Notes: generated by a model from the letters alone, not told the origin. Numbered from the stretch's first letter, positions 25,502 through 35,552 are shown. The stretch is 64,000 nucleotides of DNA from Methanomicrobiaceae archaeon (GCA_016926855.1 JAFGNT010000016.1:14153-78152), one strand, 5' to 3'. Program-made: numbers and translations.

Positions 25502-27535
25502 ATGCGGAGAAAGCACATATTGAGTGCAATGGATTCCCTCGACAGCTGGTTTCCGTACGACTCCTACCGCCCCGGCCAGCGCCGCATGCTGGATTTTGCC
25601 ATGGAATGCGTAAGCGAAGGCCGCACCACCATGATCGATGCCCCGACAGGGAGCGGCAAATCGAGTGTTGTTGCGGCATGCCTTGCTGCGGCAGAGGGGA
25701 GAAAGGTCGTCGTCGCCGTGCGTACGGTCAGCCAGCTTTCGACGTTTATCAGGGAGATCGACCTGATCCGGAAGAAAAGGGGAGGCCTGAAATGTGCATT
25801 TCTCATCGGGAAACGGACCCTGTGCCCCATGGCATGCGAGGGGGATGCGTACCGCGTCTGCGAGGGACTCAAGGCATTTTCAGGGGCATTGATGCGGGAG
25901 CGGGCGCAGAAAGGAGCCCTCGTGCCCGCACAGGACCCGTTCGTCCGGCAGCAGATGCAGAGGGTGTCTGCGGAAAAACCCCTCATCTGCCCGTATTTCA
26001 TCCGGAGCAGGGCGTTTTCCGACACAGCGGACGGGCTCAGGATGATCCCCTCGGCAACCCTTCGCGCCCGTGCCCAGCAGGCATCCACAAAACTGGTTGT
26101 TCCCGAGCGGCTCTGGGAAATTGCCGGCGATCTCTGCCCGTACGAGATGATGTTGCAGGCAGCCCGCGATGCGGATGTCGTGGTCCTGAACTTCCATCAT
26201 ATCTTCAACGATGCAATCAGGGAGCAGATGTACCAGTCGCTGGATATCGAGGCGGGAAATACCCTGCTTCTCGTTGATGAAGCACACAACTGCGGCGACA
26301 CGATACAGAGCATCCAGAGCGTCGTTATCGACGAAAGGACCCTCGAAACAGCGTCGCATGAACTTCATGCGATGAGAAACCGTGTCCGCGGCGCCGATGC
26401 CGTTCTCTCCCTGATCCCCCGCATCCTGCAGTTTCTGGATGCGCTCCACCGTTCCCGCAAGACCGAGGACTGGTTCGATCCGACAATGCTAAAACGAGGA
26501 GTGCTTGCCGGCTCGCTGTACGCGTCCCTCGGGGAAATCATCGACGATCTGCTGCGGATCGAGGAGACACTCCGCGAAAAGAACCTGAAAGCTGGCGATT
26601 TCCGCGAGACTGCCGTCGAACGACTTGCGGCATTTATCAGGCAGCTCTCGGAAGCAACCACGGACAGGGCGTTCCTGACACTCTACAGGATCGACGGGGA
26701 GGAGGTGGCTCTCGAGGTGCGGAATATCGATCCCTCGGGAACGATGACCGGGGTTGCGAACGCCCACGCCGCCTGTGTGCTCATCTCCGGCACACTCTCA
26801 CCGGTGGAGAGCTACCGCCGCCTCTATTTTGAATCGGCGGATGTCGCCACCCTCTCCCTCCCGAACAGTTTCCCGCGGGAAAACCGGCGTATTGTGTGCG
26901 CGACCGACATCACATCAGCATACAGGATGCGTGGCGATGCCGGGCATACCGCCCGCGTCCACGACTATATCACCACGTTTTCCCGGGTTCCCGGAAACCT
27001 TGCCGTCTACTTCCCGTCCTATGACATGCTCAACACCTACACTGCGGACATCCCCCCCGTGCTCAACGGAAAAGAGGTGTTTTGCGAACCCTCGTCGTCA
27101 TCCGATGCGCACGCAAGCCTTCAGACGTTCCTCTCCCTCCCTTCGCGGGGGCGGTGCGGGATCCTCTTCGGCGTGTGCGGCGGGAAATGGAGCGAAGGGC
27201 TCGATTACCGGGGAGAGATGCTGTCGGGGGCTCTGGTCATCGGGCTCCCGCTCGCGCCCTACAATGATGTCCGGCGGATCATCATCGGGTACTTCCGGCG
27301 GAAATTCGGGCCCGAGGGCGAGTTCATCTCCTATACGCTCCCCGCCATAAACCGGGCGCTGCAGGCGCTCGGCCGGGTTCTCAGGACACCGGAGGATACC
27401 GGAATGCTGGTTATCGGCGAGTGCCGGTTTCTCGAATCAGGTGTGCGCCGCGGCCTCCCCCCGTGGATGCAGGAGGAGATGGAGACCTGCACCATCGCAT
27501 CTTTTTCCCGGGAGGTAAAGGCGTGGCGCTCGTAG
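25502..27535 (+). CDS. XPD/Rad3-family 5'-3' DNA helicase (FeS-cluster helicase)
   Basis: 677 aa. Walker A is DAPTGSGKS, the DEAH box is LLVDEAHN, and Cys residues in the Arch/FeS region include CPMACEG..RVCEG..CPYF. An alternative start at 25529 (MDSLDSWFPY) is possible. Confidence 0.9.
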   Translation: MRRKHILSAMDSLDSWFPYDSYRPGQRRMLDFAMECVSEGRTTMIDAPTGSGKSSVVAACLAAAEGRKVVVAVRTVSQLSTFIREIDLIRKKRGGLKCAFLIGKRTLCPMACEGDAYRVCEGLKAFSGALMRERAQKGALVPAQDPFVRQQMQRVSAEKPLICPYFIRSRAFSDTADGLRMIPSATLRARAQQASTKLVVPERLWEIAGDLCPYEMMLQAARDADVVVLNFHHIFNDAIREQMYQSLDIEAGNTLLLVDEAHNCGDTIQSIQSVVIDERTLETASHELHAMRNRVRGADAVLSLIPRILQFLDALHRSRKTEDWFDPTMLKRGVLAGSLYASLGEIIDDLLRIEETLREKNLKAGDFRETAVERLAAFIRQLSEATTDRAFLTLYRIDGEEVALEVRNIDPSGTMTGVANAHAACVLISGTLSPVESYRRLYFESADVATLSLPNSFPRENRRIVCATDITSAYRMRGDAGHTARVHDYITTFSRVPGNLAVYFPSYDMLNTYTADIPPVLNGKEVFCEPSSSSDAHASLQTFLSLPSRGRCGILFGVCGGKWSEGLDYRGEMLSGALVIGLPLAPYNDVRRIIIGYFRRKFGPEGEFISYTLPAINRALQALGRVLRTPEDTGMLVIGECRFLESGVRRGLPPWMQEEMETCTIASFSREVKAWRS

Positions 27536-27954
27536 AGGGGGCATGCAGGTTCGGGCTCTGGTGGGTGCACGTATCATGGTCGGGCAGTGTCATCCACCAT
27601 GTGCGATTTGCCACATCAGGCAGCGAGGGGACGGTGCCGGATGCCCTGCGGAGGTATCTCCGGGGCAGGGAGACGGATCTCTCCGTGTTCTCGACACCCG
27701 CGACCGATGACGATGCCCCGTACGCGGCGATTTACCGGGTGGTGCGGGCGGTGCCGTACGGGAGCACGGCCACCTACGGGGAGATTGCCCGTGCAGCCGG
27801 CACTCATCCCCGTGTCGTCGGAATGGCGATGAAACGAAACCCCGTTCCTCTTATCATCCCCTGCCACCGGATCGTTGCTGCCGGAGGCATCGGAGGGTTC
27901 TCCTACGGGATTGCACTGAAAGAAGCACTGCTTGCAATGGAACGGAAAAAATGA
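27523..27954 (+). CDS. ogt: methylated-DNA-protein-cysteine methyltransferase
   Basis: The C-terminal domain reads YGEIARAAGTHPRVVGMAMKRNPVPLIIPCHRIV (PCHR active site). No in-frame ATG lies near the N-terminus. GTG at 27523 is my best guess for the start; it overlaps the XPD stop by 13 nt. Confidence 0.8.
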   Translation: MALVEGACRFGLWWVHVSWSGSVIHHVRFATSGSEGTVPDALRRYLRGRETDLSVFSTPATDDDAPYAAIYRVVRAVPYGSTATYGEIARAAGTHPRVVGMAMKRNPVPLIIPCHRIVAAGGIGGFSYGIALKEALLAMERKK

Positions 27955-28004
27955 ATTATTTAAGCCTGAACGTCCGTATACTGTATTCACGGTGAGTGAG
28001 AACA

Positions 28005-28931
28005 ATGAGGATCGCGGTAATGGGCGCCGGCGCCGTGGGGCTTTCGGTGGCGGCACGGCTTTCATTGGTCTGTGATGTCTATGCAGTCTCGCGGAAGCGG
28101 CATGCGGAGGCGATCCGCAGCAAGGGATTCCGGATGACCGGCATCTGGGGCGAGGGGACATATCATTTCCCCTGCGGCGAGTCCCTGCCGGAGGATTCAG
28201 GCTTTGACTATGTGATCCTGACGGCAAAATCACAGGATACACGGGCCGTCTGCACGCAGTTTGCCGCTGCAGTTGCGGACACCGAGGTCGTGAGCCTCCA
28301 GAACGGCATCGGAAACGAGGAGGTCATCGCTGAGTATACCGGCCGGGTGATAGGCGGAACAATCATCACCGGGTTTGAATGGCAGGGCGACGGGGAGGTC
28401 CGCGTCTCTGTTGAAGCGGGCCCCATACGCCTCGGACGGTTTCCCTCCGGGACGGACAGCGCCGTTTCGGCCCTCGTGGAGATATTCCGGGCCGCCGGCA
28501 TGAACGCGGAGGAAAGCAGGGATATCCGGGTGGATCTCTGGGGCAAGACGCTGTACAATGCCGCCCTCAATCCCCTCGGTGCGATCATGGGCGTGCCGTA
28601 CGGCGACCTTGCCCATCCGGCGGCGTGGCACATTATCGAACAGGTCGTCCACGAGGCGTTTGCCGTCGCGGCTGCGGACGGGGTCCGGCCCGCGTGGGCA
28701 ACACCGGACGAGTACCTGGCATATCTCCGGGACGTGCAGCTGCCTGCGACAGCTCTCCACCATTCCTCGATGCTGCAGGATCTCGAACGGGGGCGGCCGA
28801 CGGAGATTGCATCCTTAAACGGGGCGATTGTGGCGAAGGGGCGGCGGCACGGCATACCCGTTCCGGTCAATGCCACTCTCTCCGACCTCATCGCGTTTCG
28901 TGAGCACCAGATATCCGGAAAGCCCGGGTGA
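28005..28931 (+). CDS. panE: 2-dehydropantoate 2-reductase (ketopantoate reductase family)
   Basis: MRIAVMGAGAVGLSVAARL forms the Rossmann N-terminus, and the ApbA/PanE C-terminal pattern (SSMLQDLERGRPTEI) is present. The ATG at 28005 has GGTGA 9 nt upstream. Confidence 0.85.
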   Translation: MRIAVMGAGAVGLSVAARLSLVCDVYAVSRKRHAEAIRSKGFRMTGIWGEGTYHFPCGESLPEDSGFDYVILTAKSQDTRAVCTQFAAAVADTEVVSLQNGIGNEEVIAEYTGRVIGGTIITGFEWQGDGEVRVSVEAGPIRLGRFPSGTDSAVSALVEIFRAAGMNAEESRDIRVDLWGKTLYNAALNPLGAIMGVPYGDLAHPAAWHIIEQVVHEAFAVAAADGVRPAWATPDEYLAYLRDVQLPATALHHSSMLQDLERGRPTEIASLNGAIVAKGRRHGIPVPVNATLSDLIAFREHQISGKPG

Positions 28932-28937
28932 TTTCCC

Positions 28938-29543
28938 ATGTCCGGGCGTACAGCAATCATTCTCGTCGGTGGAGAGGCGCGTCGTGCCGGAGGACAGGAA
29001 AAATATTTCTTCAGCTACCAGGGCGAGACGTTCATCGACCGGCTCGTATCGACGCTGCGCTCGGTGACCGACGAGATTGTCGTCGTCGCAAAAAACCCAA
29101 AACAGTGCCGGCGGTTCCTCCATATCGACGGCGTGGCCATCATCCCGGACGAGAGAACCGGGATCGGGCCCATCGGAGGCCTGCACGCGGGCGTGTTGCA
29201 GGCACACGGAGATCTCATATTTGTGGCGGCCTGTGACATGCCGTGCATCAACCCCGCTGTCGTCGAGCTGCTTTTTACCCTCATCGACGACTATGACGCC
29301 GTGATCCCCACGTGGAACCTCTCGATGCTCGAACCGCTCCATGCCGTGTACCGGAAAAGCGCCCTCCTCACGTACCTGGAGGACCATACCTCGCTCTCTC
29401 TCCGGGACATGGTGCGGTCGCTGTCGCCCCGGTACGTCCATGTCGACCTGCTGCGTCCCATCGATCCCGGCCTGAAAACCTTCACCAATATCAATGACCT
29501 CGAATCCCTCCGCCGGATCAATGGTGGCGGGGAGGAGGAGTGA
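28938..29543 (+). CDS. mobA: molybdenum cofactor guanylyltransferase
   Basis: 201 aa, AIILVGGEARRAGGQEKYF...PIGGLHAG...ACDMPCI. This is the MobA pattern. Confidence 0.85.
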   Translation: MSGRTAIILVGGEARRAGGQEKYFFSYQGETFIDRLVSTLRSVTDEIVVVAKNPKQCRRFLHIDGVAIIPDERTGIGPIGGLHAGVLQAHGDLIFVAACDMPCINPAVVELLFTLIDDYDAVIPTWNLSMLEPLHAVYRKSALLTYLEDHTSLSLRDMVRSLSPRYVHVDLLRPIDPGLKTFTNINDLESLRRINGGGEEE

Positions 29544-29547
29544 CGGC

Positions 29548-30033
29548 ATGGCGGTGCGCATCCGCGTGCTCGCGATCGGAAAGATCAAAGAGAAATATCT
29601 CCGGGACGCAATTGCCGAGTATATAAAGCGCCTTTCCGGGTATGCGGGCGTCACCGTCAGGGAATATCCGGATGAGCCAATCCCGGGAACACTCACCGCG
29701 GGGGAGCGCACCCGGATCCTTTCAAAAGAAGGCGACCCTGTCCTTTCGGAGCTCTCGCCCTCCGACGTGGTCGTCCTGCTCGATTGTGCGGGCACGCAGT
29801 GGTCATCCGAAGACCTTGCGGAAACGCTCCGGAAACTGACGGTTTCCGGGAAGAGCCGGTTCGCGTTCGTCATCGGAGGAACATTGGGCGTCTCCCCCGC
29901 CCTCAGGGAGCGGGCTGACTTCCGGTGGAGCCTCTCGCCCGCAACCTTCCCGCACCAGATAGTCCGCCTTCTTGTGCTCGAACAGTGCTACCGGGCGATG
30001 CGCATCAACCGCGGCGAGACATATCACAGGTAA
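29548..30033 (+). CDS. rlmH: rRNA pseudouridine N3-methyltransferase RlmH (SPOUT, DUF163)
   Basis: Trimmed to the ATG at 29548. The sequence reads MAVRIRVLAIGKIKEKYLRDAIAEYIKRL...FVIGGTLG...ATFPHQIVRLLVLEQCYRA. Confidence 0.85.
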   Translation: MAVRIRVLAIGKIKEKYLRDAIAEYIKRLSGYAGVTVREYPDEPIPGTLTAGERTRILSKEGDPVLSELSPSDVVVLLDCAGTQWSSEDLAETLRKLTVSGKSRFAFVIGGTLGVSPALRERADFRWSLSPATFPHQIVRLLVLEQCYRAMRINRGETYHR

Positions 30034-30064
30034 GCCAAAAAAGTCCGGATAATAAAAAGAAGAG

Positions 30065-30829
30065 TCAGAACCGCTTTTTCCGGCCGCTTGCATCACGGGC
30101 ATACGCACCGAACTCGCTCTCCAGCAGGAGATCCCCGGTAAAAACCGGGCCGTCGCGGCAGACACGGAGCCCGGTGGGATCGATGCAGCACGAACCGCAG
30201 ATGCCCACGCCGCACTTCATGTACCGGTGCAGGGAGAACTGCCCGCGGCCGGCCACGCCGGCGGCATCAAGCGCCTGTAACACCGCGGCCATCATTCCCT
30301 CCGGCCCGCAGACGCAGATGGCGTCGTACACGGCGGGATCGAGCTCTGCAAGGAGGCCGGTGACAAACCCATGATACCCGGCGGTACCGTCGTCGGTCGC
30401 GATCCGCACGTCCGTAAGAGCGGGAAGTATATCCCGGAACACGAGCTCGTCCGCTGTCCGGGCCCCGAGCAGAAACGTCTCCGCATGCCCCTCGCGTGCA
30501 AGCGGCAGGAGCGGTGCGGCCCCGATGCCGCCCGCAACAGCAAGGGTGCGGCCAAAGGCCGAATACCCGTTCCCGAGCGGCCCCCTGATACCCAGCATAT
30601 CGCCTTCCCGGAGGTTAAACAGCGCCTCCGTCGCGTCTCCCACTTTCTGGACTGTTATGCTGTTCTGCGAAGAGAGCGCCATCGGAACCTCGTCCACGCC
30701 CGGCACCCAGACCATCGCAAACTGCCCGGGCCGTGCATCAAACGCCTCCCCGAAGAAGAATGTGCGGACCGTGAGGGTCTCCTCGACGATACGGGTGACG
30801 GTCACCGGCACGGAGGGGATGTCATGCAT
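30065..30829 (-). CDS. pyrK: dihydroorotate dehydrogenase electron-transfer subunit
   Basis: Trimmed to the ATG at 30829 (8-nt overlap with the pyrD stop). It has the FAD/NAD-binding pattern and a C-terminal 2Fe-2S Cys cluster, CGVGICGSCC. Confidence 0.85.
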   Translation of the reverse strand: MHDIPSVPVTVTRIVEETLTVRTFFFGEAFDARPGQFAMVWVPGVDEVPMALSSQNSITVQKVGDATEALFNLREGDMLGIRGPLGNGYSAFGRTLAVAGGIGAAPLLPLAREGHAETFLLGARTADELVFRDILPALTDVRIATDDGTAGYHGFVTGLLAELDPAVYDAICVCGPEGMMAAVLQALDAAGVAGRGQFSLHRYMKCGVGICGSCCIDPTGLRVCRDGPVFTGDLLLESEFGAYARDASGRKKRF

Positions 30830-31712
30830 GATGGGCACACCCCACAATCTCCCCTGCCGGGATGCCGTCGTCCGCATAGAGTTCGGTAGCGATCTCTGCA
30901 AAGATCCCTGTCCCGTCAAGGACGGCGCTCCCGATCTGCACGGCACTCGCGCCTGCCATCATCATCTCCACCACGTTGTCAGCCGTCGCCACGCCCCCGC
31001 ACCCGATGACGGGGATGCGGCATGCTTCATAGAGCTCGTAGACGCACCGGACGGCAACCGGGAAGATTGCCGGCCCGGAAAGCCCTCCGAAACCGTGGCC
31101 GAGCACCGGGCGCCGGAGTGCGGTCGAGATCCGCATCGCTTTCACCGTGTTCACCGCAACGACCGCCGAGGCGCCGCCACGCTCCGCAGCCCTGCCGCAT
31201 GCGGTGATATCAGTCACGTTCGGGGTGAGTTTGACCCAGCAGGGAACGCCGGATGCGGCCACGGCACGGGTGCACGCCTCGACACACGCAGGATCCGCCC
31301 CGAGCGCCGCCCCGTACCCCTCGGCATGCGGGCAGCTGAGGTTGAGCTCGAACCCGGCCGCCTGCCCCGCAAACCATGATGCCACCTCCGCAAACTCAGC
31401 CGGAGTCCCGCCGAAGATGCTCACCACCACCGGTTCTCCCGTAAGTCCCCCCAGTTCGTTCGTAAAATCGCGGGACGGGTTCGGGAGCCCCATGGCGTTC
31501 ATGACCGCACCCTCGTATACCGCCACGCAGGGGCCGGGATGCCCGTCTTTCGGATACGGGCCGATGGATTTCGTTACCACCCCGCCTGCGCCTTCGCGAA
31601 GCATCCGGGCAAGCGACGCCCCCGTCGTCCCGAGCACGCCTGCGGCAAGCACGAGGTGATTGCGAAGCGCTACTCCGCCGACATCCACCGGACCGGATTG
31701 AAGCCGCACCAT
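30822..31712 (-). CDS. pyrD: dihydroorotate dehydrogenase 1B catalytic subunit
   Basis: 296 aa, ...LRNHLVLAAGVLGTTG...NLSCPHAEG...AVNT...GGLSGPAIFP... Confidence 0.9.
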   Translation of the reverse strand: MVRLQSGPVDVGGVALRNHLVLAAGVLGTTGASLARMLREGAGGVVTKSIGPYPKDGHPGPCVAVYEGAVMNAMGLPNPSRDFTNELGGLTGEPVVVSIFGGTPAEFAEVASWFAGQAAGFELNLSCPHAEGYGAALGADPACVEACTRAVAASGVPCWVKLTPNVTDITACGRAAERGGASAVVAVNTVKAMRISTALRRPVLGHGFGGLSGPAIFPVAVRCVYELYEACRIPVIGCGGVATADNVVEMMMAGASAVQIGSAVLDGTGIFAEIATELYADDGIPAGEIVGCAHHA

Positions 31713-31762
31713 TCTGATAAAAATTGTAGTTATTTATTATTAGCATACCCATAGTTATCCGC
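31713..31762. promoter_or_regulatory. AT-rich divergent promoter region (pyrD / mdh)
   Basis: The 50-nt spacer TCTGATAAAAATTGTAGTTATTTATTATTAGCATACCC carries TATA-like boxes in both orientations. Confidence 0.4.
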
Positions 31763-32632
31763 ATGACAAGCCTCTCCGTGATGGGCGTGGGACGCGTCGG
31801 CGGCGAAGTCGCATTTCTCGCAGCCGCCACCGGCCTCGTCGACAAGCTCACTCTTCTCGATATGTATACTCCCCTCCTCGAAGCGCAGGTGCTCGACCTC
31901 CGCCACACCGGCCTCGACATCACCATCACGAGCGACCCGGAGACTATCCGGGACACGGACATCTTCGTCTTTGCCGCGGGCACCCCCCGGAATCCGAATA
32001 TTCGCACCCGGGCAGACCTGCTCGGGGCGAACCTTCCGGTCGCTGACATGTGCGGCAGGTACCTGGAAGGATTCGGTGGCGTTGTCATCTCCGTCACGAA
32101 CCCGATGGACGCAAATACCTGCTACCTGCAGCAGAAATCCGGGCTCGACCGCAGCCGCGTGATCGGGTTCGGGGGGCAGCTCGACAGCGCACGGTTCAGG
32201 GGATTCCTTGCCGACAGGGGCTACGATACGGACGAGGCATGGGTGCTCGGGGAGCACGGGGAGCACCAGGTACCCCTCTTTTCCCGGCTTCCCTTCACGG
32301 TCCCCGCCGCGGAGCAGGACGAGATACTGAGCGAAATGCGGGCAGCGAGCATGCCGGTCATCCGGGGAAAAGGCGGGACGGTTTTCGGCCCCGCATTCGG
32401 CATTGTGCGCCTCATACAGGCAATCATCGACAATGAACGGGTGGTCCTGCCCGTTTGTTGCGTTCTCGAGGGGGAATACGGCGAGAGAGGTGTTGCCATG
32501 GGAGTCCCCGCGGAGATAGGGAGCCGCGGGATTGAATCCATCATCGAATGGGATCTCTCCGCACGCGAAACGGATCAGCTCCATACCGCCGCGGAAAACG
32601 TACGGGCGCTCTGCAGGAAGGCGGGCCTGTGA
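31763..32632 (+). CDS. mdh: malate dehydrogenase (LDH-like, NAD(P)-dependent)
   Basis: 289 aa, SVMGVGRVGGEVAF...ITSD...VISVTNPMD...GFGGQLDSARF...GEHGEHQVP. Confidence 0.85.
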   Translation: MTSLSVMGVGRVGGEVAFLAAATGLVDKLTLLDMYTPLLEAQVLDLRHTGLDITITSDPETIRDTDIFVFAAGTPRNPNIRTRADLLGANLPVADMCGRYLEGFGGVVISVTNPMDANTCYLQQKSGLDRSRVIGFGGQLDSARFRGFLADRGYDTDEAWVLGEHGEHQVPLFSRLPFTVPAAEQDEILSEMRAASMPVIRGKGGTVFGPAFGIVRLIQAIIDNERVVLPVCCVLEGEYGERGVAMGVPAEIGSRGIESIIEWDLSARETDQLHTAAENVRALCRKAGL

Positions 32633-35061
32633 CCACCGATGCGGAACAGCGCACCGAGGAGCCGCTGCGGATCGCCGTCAACCAGGTGGAATACAGCACC
32701 ACTCCCGGAGGGCCGCTGATCCATCTCTTCGGCCGCCGGGAGAGTGGCGAGGCGGTGCACGTGGAAGTCAGCGGATTTAAGCCGTATTTTTATGCCCCCG
32801 TCGATCAGGCCAGGGATTTCCCGCTCCCGGCGGGTGCGGAAGCAGACCTCTCGCGGCAGTACCGGTCCATCCGCGGGGAGGACCTCAGGCGGATTTATAC
32901 GCAGCGGCCGACGGATGTGCGCGATGTGCGGGAGAGGTACATCCATTTCGAGGCGGATATTCCGTTTGCCACACGATTCATGATCGACAAGGGGATCACC
33001 GGCGGCGCGATCGTGCCGGGCACGGACGTGGACGAAGGGGAGGTCATACCCGCGGTGGTCACGGCACCCGCACGCCTCTGCATGATCGACATCGAATGCG
33101 AGGACGAGAGGGGATTTCCCGATCCGGACAGGGACAAAATCATCTGTATTACCGGACACGACTCCTTTGAGGATACCTACACGACGTTTTACTTAAACGC
33201 GCCGGGAAATGACCCGGATACGATGGAGCTCCATCACCGGGGAGATCCCGCGAACCCGTGCTTCCGGGAGGGTGCACATGCCGTCTGCATCTTCGGGGAC
33301 GAAAAGGAGATGCTGTCCGCATTCACGAACTATATCACCGAAACGGACCCCGATATCCTGAGCGGCTGGAATTTCACCGAGTTCGATATTCCGTACCTCG
33401 TCCGCAGGATGGACGTTTTAGGCCTGCGACCGGACAGAATGGCCCGCCTTCCCGGACAATCGGGACGAAACGCCGTGCGGGGACGGTCGGTCTTCGACCT
33501 GCTTTCCGCATACCGGAAGATGCAGGGGAGCCAGAAAGAGTCGTACCGTCTCGACGCGATCGCGGAAGACGAGCTCGGCATCCGCAAACTCCGGTACGCG
33601 GGCACGATCAGCGACCTCTGGAGGCATGATCCCACACGGCTCATCGAGTACAACCTCCGCGATGTCGAGTTGTGTGTGGCGATCAACGCGAAGAACAGCA
33701 TCATCGATTTCTACCGCGAGATCGCCCGGTACGTCGGGTGCCCCCTCGACCGCACTCTCAACTCCTCGAACGTCATCGACATCTACATCCTCAGGAAAGC
33801 GTTCGGCAATTTTGTGCTGCCCTCGAAGGGTTTTGCCGATGCCGAGGAGTTCGAGGGTGCAACGGTCTTCGAGCCCACGCGTGGCGTGCGGGAGAACGTC
33901 ATAGTCCTTGACCTCAAATCCCTCTACCCGATGGCGATGATGACCATCAATGCCTCGCCTGAGACGAAGGACCAGAACGGCGAGCTGCGTGCCCCGAACG
34001 GCATCCGGTTCCGGAAGTCCCCGGACGGGCTCACGCGGAGCATCATCGCCGAGCTTCTCTCCGAACGCGACGATAAAAAGGCACTCCGGAATACCTTCCC
34101 GTACGGGTCGCCCGAGTACCGGCTCTATGATCTCCAGCAGAATGTGCTCAAGGTGATCATGAACACCTACTACGGCGTCTCCGGCTATGCGAGGTTCCGG
34201 CTGTACGACCGAGAGATCGGTTCGGCGGTCACCTCGGTCGGGAGGGCGATCATCGAACACACGAGAACGGTGATACAGGATATGGGACACACCGTCCTCT
34301 ATGGTGATACGGACTCGTGCATGGTGCAGCTGCCCCCCACCGATCTTGACGCGACAATCCGGGCCGCCCGGTCAATCGAAGAGCGGCTCAACGCGAGTTA
34401 CTCCGGTTTCGCCCGCGAAGTGCTGGGTGCGGAGTGCCATTACTTCTCCATCAAGTTCGAAAAGGTGTACAGGCGCTTCTTCCAGGCGGGAAAGAAGAAA
34501 CGCTACGCAGGCCACCTGATCTGGAAGGAGGGAAAGGAGGTCGACACGATCGACATCGTCGGGTTCGAGATGCGGCGGAGCGACTCCCCGCAGGTCACCC
34601 GTGAAGTGCAGGAGCGTGTGATGGGGCTCATACTCAGGGGCGAGGATTTCGCCGGTGTGAAGGCGTACCTCTCCGGGGTCATCCGGCGGTACCGGCGTGG
34701 CGAGTACCCTCTCGACGAGGTGGGAATCCCCGGCGGGATCGGCAAACATCTCGACGCCTACGAGACGAAGGATGCCCACATCCGGGGAGCCTTCTATTCG
34801 AACGAATATCTCGGCACCGATTTCAAGCGGGGAAGCAAGCCGAAACGGCTCTATATCAAAACCGTAACGGCACGATACCCGAAAACCGATGTCATCTGCT
34901 TTGAATACCCGGACCAGGTTCCCAAAGAGTTTGTGGTCGACTGGGAAACGATGCTCGACAAAACCCTGAAACAGCCGATCGCCCGGATCATCGAGGCGAT
35001 CGGGTGGCAGTGGGCAGACGTGGATCCGACCCGTACCACGCTCTTCGATTTCGGGATGTAA
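32629..35061 (+). CDS. polB: family B DNA polymerase
   Basis: Exo I is MIDIECE and Pol motif C is VLYGDTDS. After the upstream in-frame region, the only in-frame start is GTG at 32629, which forms a GTGA overlap with the mdh stop. Confidence 0.9.
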   Translation: MTTDAEQRTEEPLRIAVNQVEYSTTPGGPLIHLFGRRESGEAVHVEVSGFKPYFYAPVDQARDFPLPAGAEADLSRQYRSIRGEDLRRIYTQRPTDVRDVRERYIHFEADIPFATRFMIDKGITGGAIVPGTDVDEGEVIPAVVTAPARLCMIDIECEDERGFPDPDRDKIICITGHDSFEDTYTTFYLNAPGNDPDTMELHHRGDPANPCFREGAHAVCIFGDEKEMLSAFTNYITETDPDILSGWNFTEFDIPYLVRRMDVLGLRPDRMARLPGQSGRNAVRGRSVFDLLSAYRKMQGSQKESYRLDAIAEDELGIRKLRYAGTISDLWRHDPTRLIEYNLRDVELCVAINAKNSIIDFYREIARYVGCPLDRTLNSSNVIDIYILRKAFGNFVLPSKGFADAEEFEGATVFEPTRGVRENVIVLDLKSLYPMAMMTINASPETKDQNGELRAPNGIRFRKSPDGLTRSIIAELLSERDDKKALRNTFPYGSPEYRLYDLQQNVLKVIMNTYYGVSGYARFRLYDREIGSAVTSVGRAIIEHTRTVIQDMGHTVLYGDTDSCMVQLPPTDLDATIRAARSIEERLNASYSGFAREVLGAECHYFSIKFEKVYRRFFQAGKKKRYAGHLIWKEGKEVDTIDIVGFEMRRSDSPQVTREVQERVMGLILRGEDFAGVKAYLSGVIRRYRRGEYPLDEVGIPGGIGKHLDAYETKDAHIRGAFYSNEYLGTDFKRGSKPKRLYIKTVTARYPKTDVICFEYPDQVPKEFVVDWETMLDKTLKQPIARIIEAIGWQWADVDPTRTTLFDFGM

Positions 35062-35085
35062 GGGGGGGAGACCCGGGGCGCCCGG

Positions 35086-35541
35086 GTGCCCTCTTTTATT
35101 ATGCCGGGAAACCACACCTGTTTTTTTGAGGCGCAGACCGGCATGCTGATCGCGTTTATGGAAGGGAAGGGTGTCGAACCGATCGGCAGAAAAGAGAACA
35201 GCGTGCCGGTAGAGGGGCCGTTTGCATGTGACCATCTGTCATTGGCCGTCGGTTCGGACGATGAACTCCGTGCGCTGAAGGACCGCCTCTCCGCTGCCGG
35301 CTTTGCTGCCCCTGAGATCACCGGCCACGGCATTATCCATTCCCTCTCCCCGTTCGATCCGAACACCATCGCACGGGAATGTACATCCGCTTGCAGCGAA
35401 TCACGATCCCACGCCGGTCGCCGCGGAAGGGCCGGAACCGCAGCCGGGCCGCTGACCTCCGGTCACGGCACGGACACCCGCGGAAGAAGCGCCGGATGGT
35501 GCCGGGGTCCGGCCAAAGGCCGTTTCCCGGCAGGGATTTAG
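35086..35541 (+). pseudogene. remnant of a glyoxalase/VOC-family gene
   Basis: Only the second beta-alpha-beta-beta-beta module is recognisable (DHLSLAVGSDDELRALKDRLSAAGF...GHGIIHSLSPFDPN). The N-terminal module is missing, since polB ends 25 nt upstream. The last ~55 codons are Arg/Gly-rich low complexity. Confidence 0.35.
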
Positions 35542-35552
35542 AGGGGGGGTTT

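Noticed and set aside
28208-29873. Minus-strand ORFs of 250, 177 and 352 aa
   Set aside because: They are antisense to panE, mobA and rlmH, all of which have clear family motifs on the + strand.
31396-32584. Minus-strand ORFs of 233 and 284 aa, plus further + frames over pyrD
   Set aside because: They overlap pyrD or mdh in the wrong frame or strand and have no motifs. They are a high-GC artefact.
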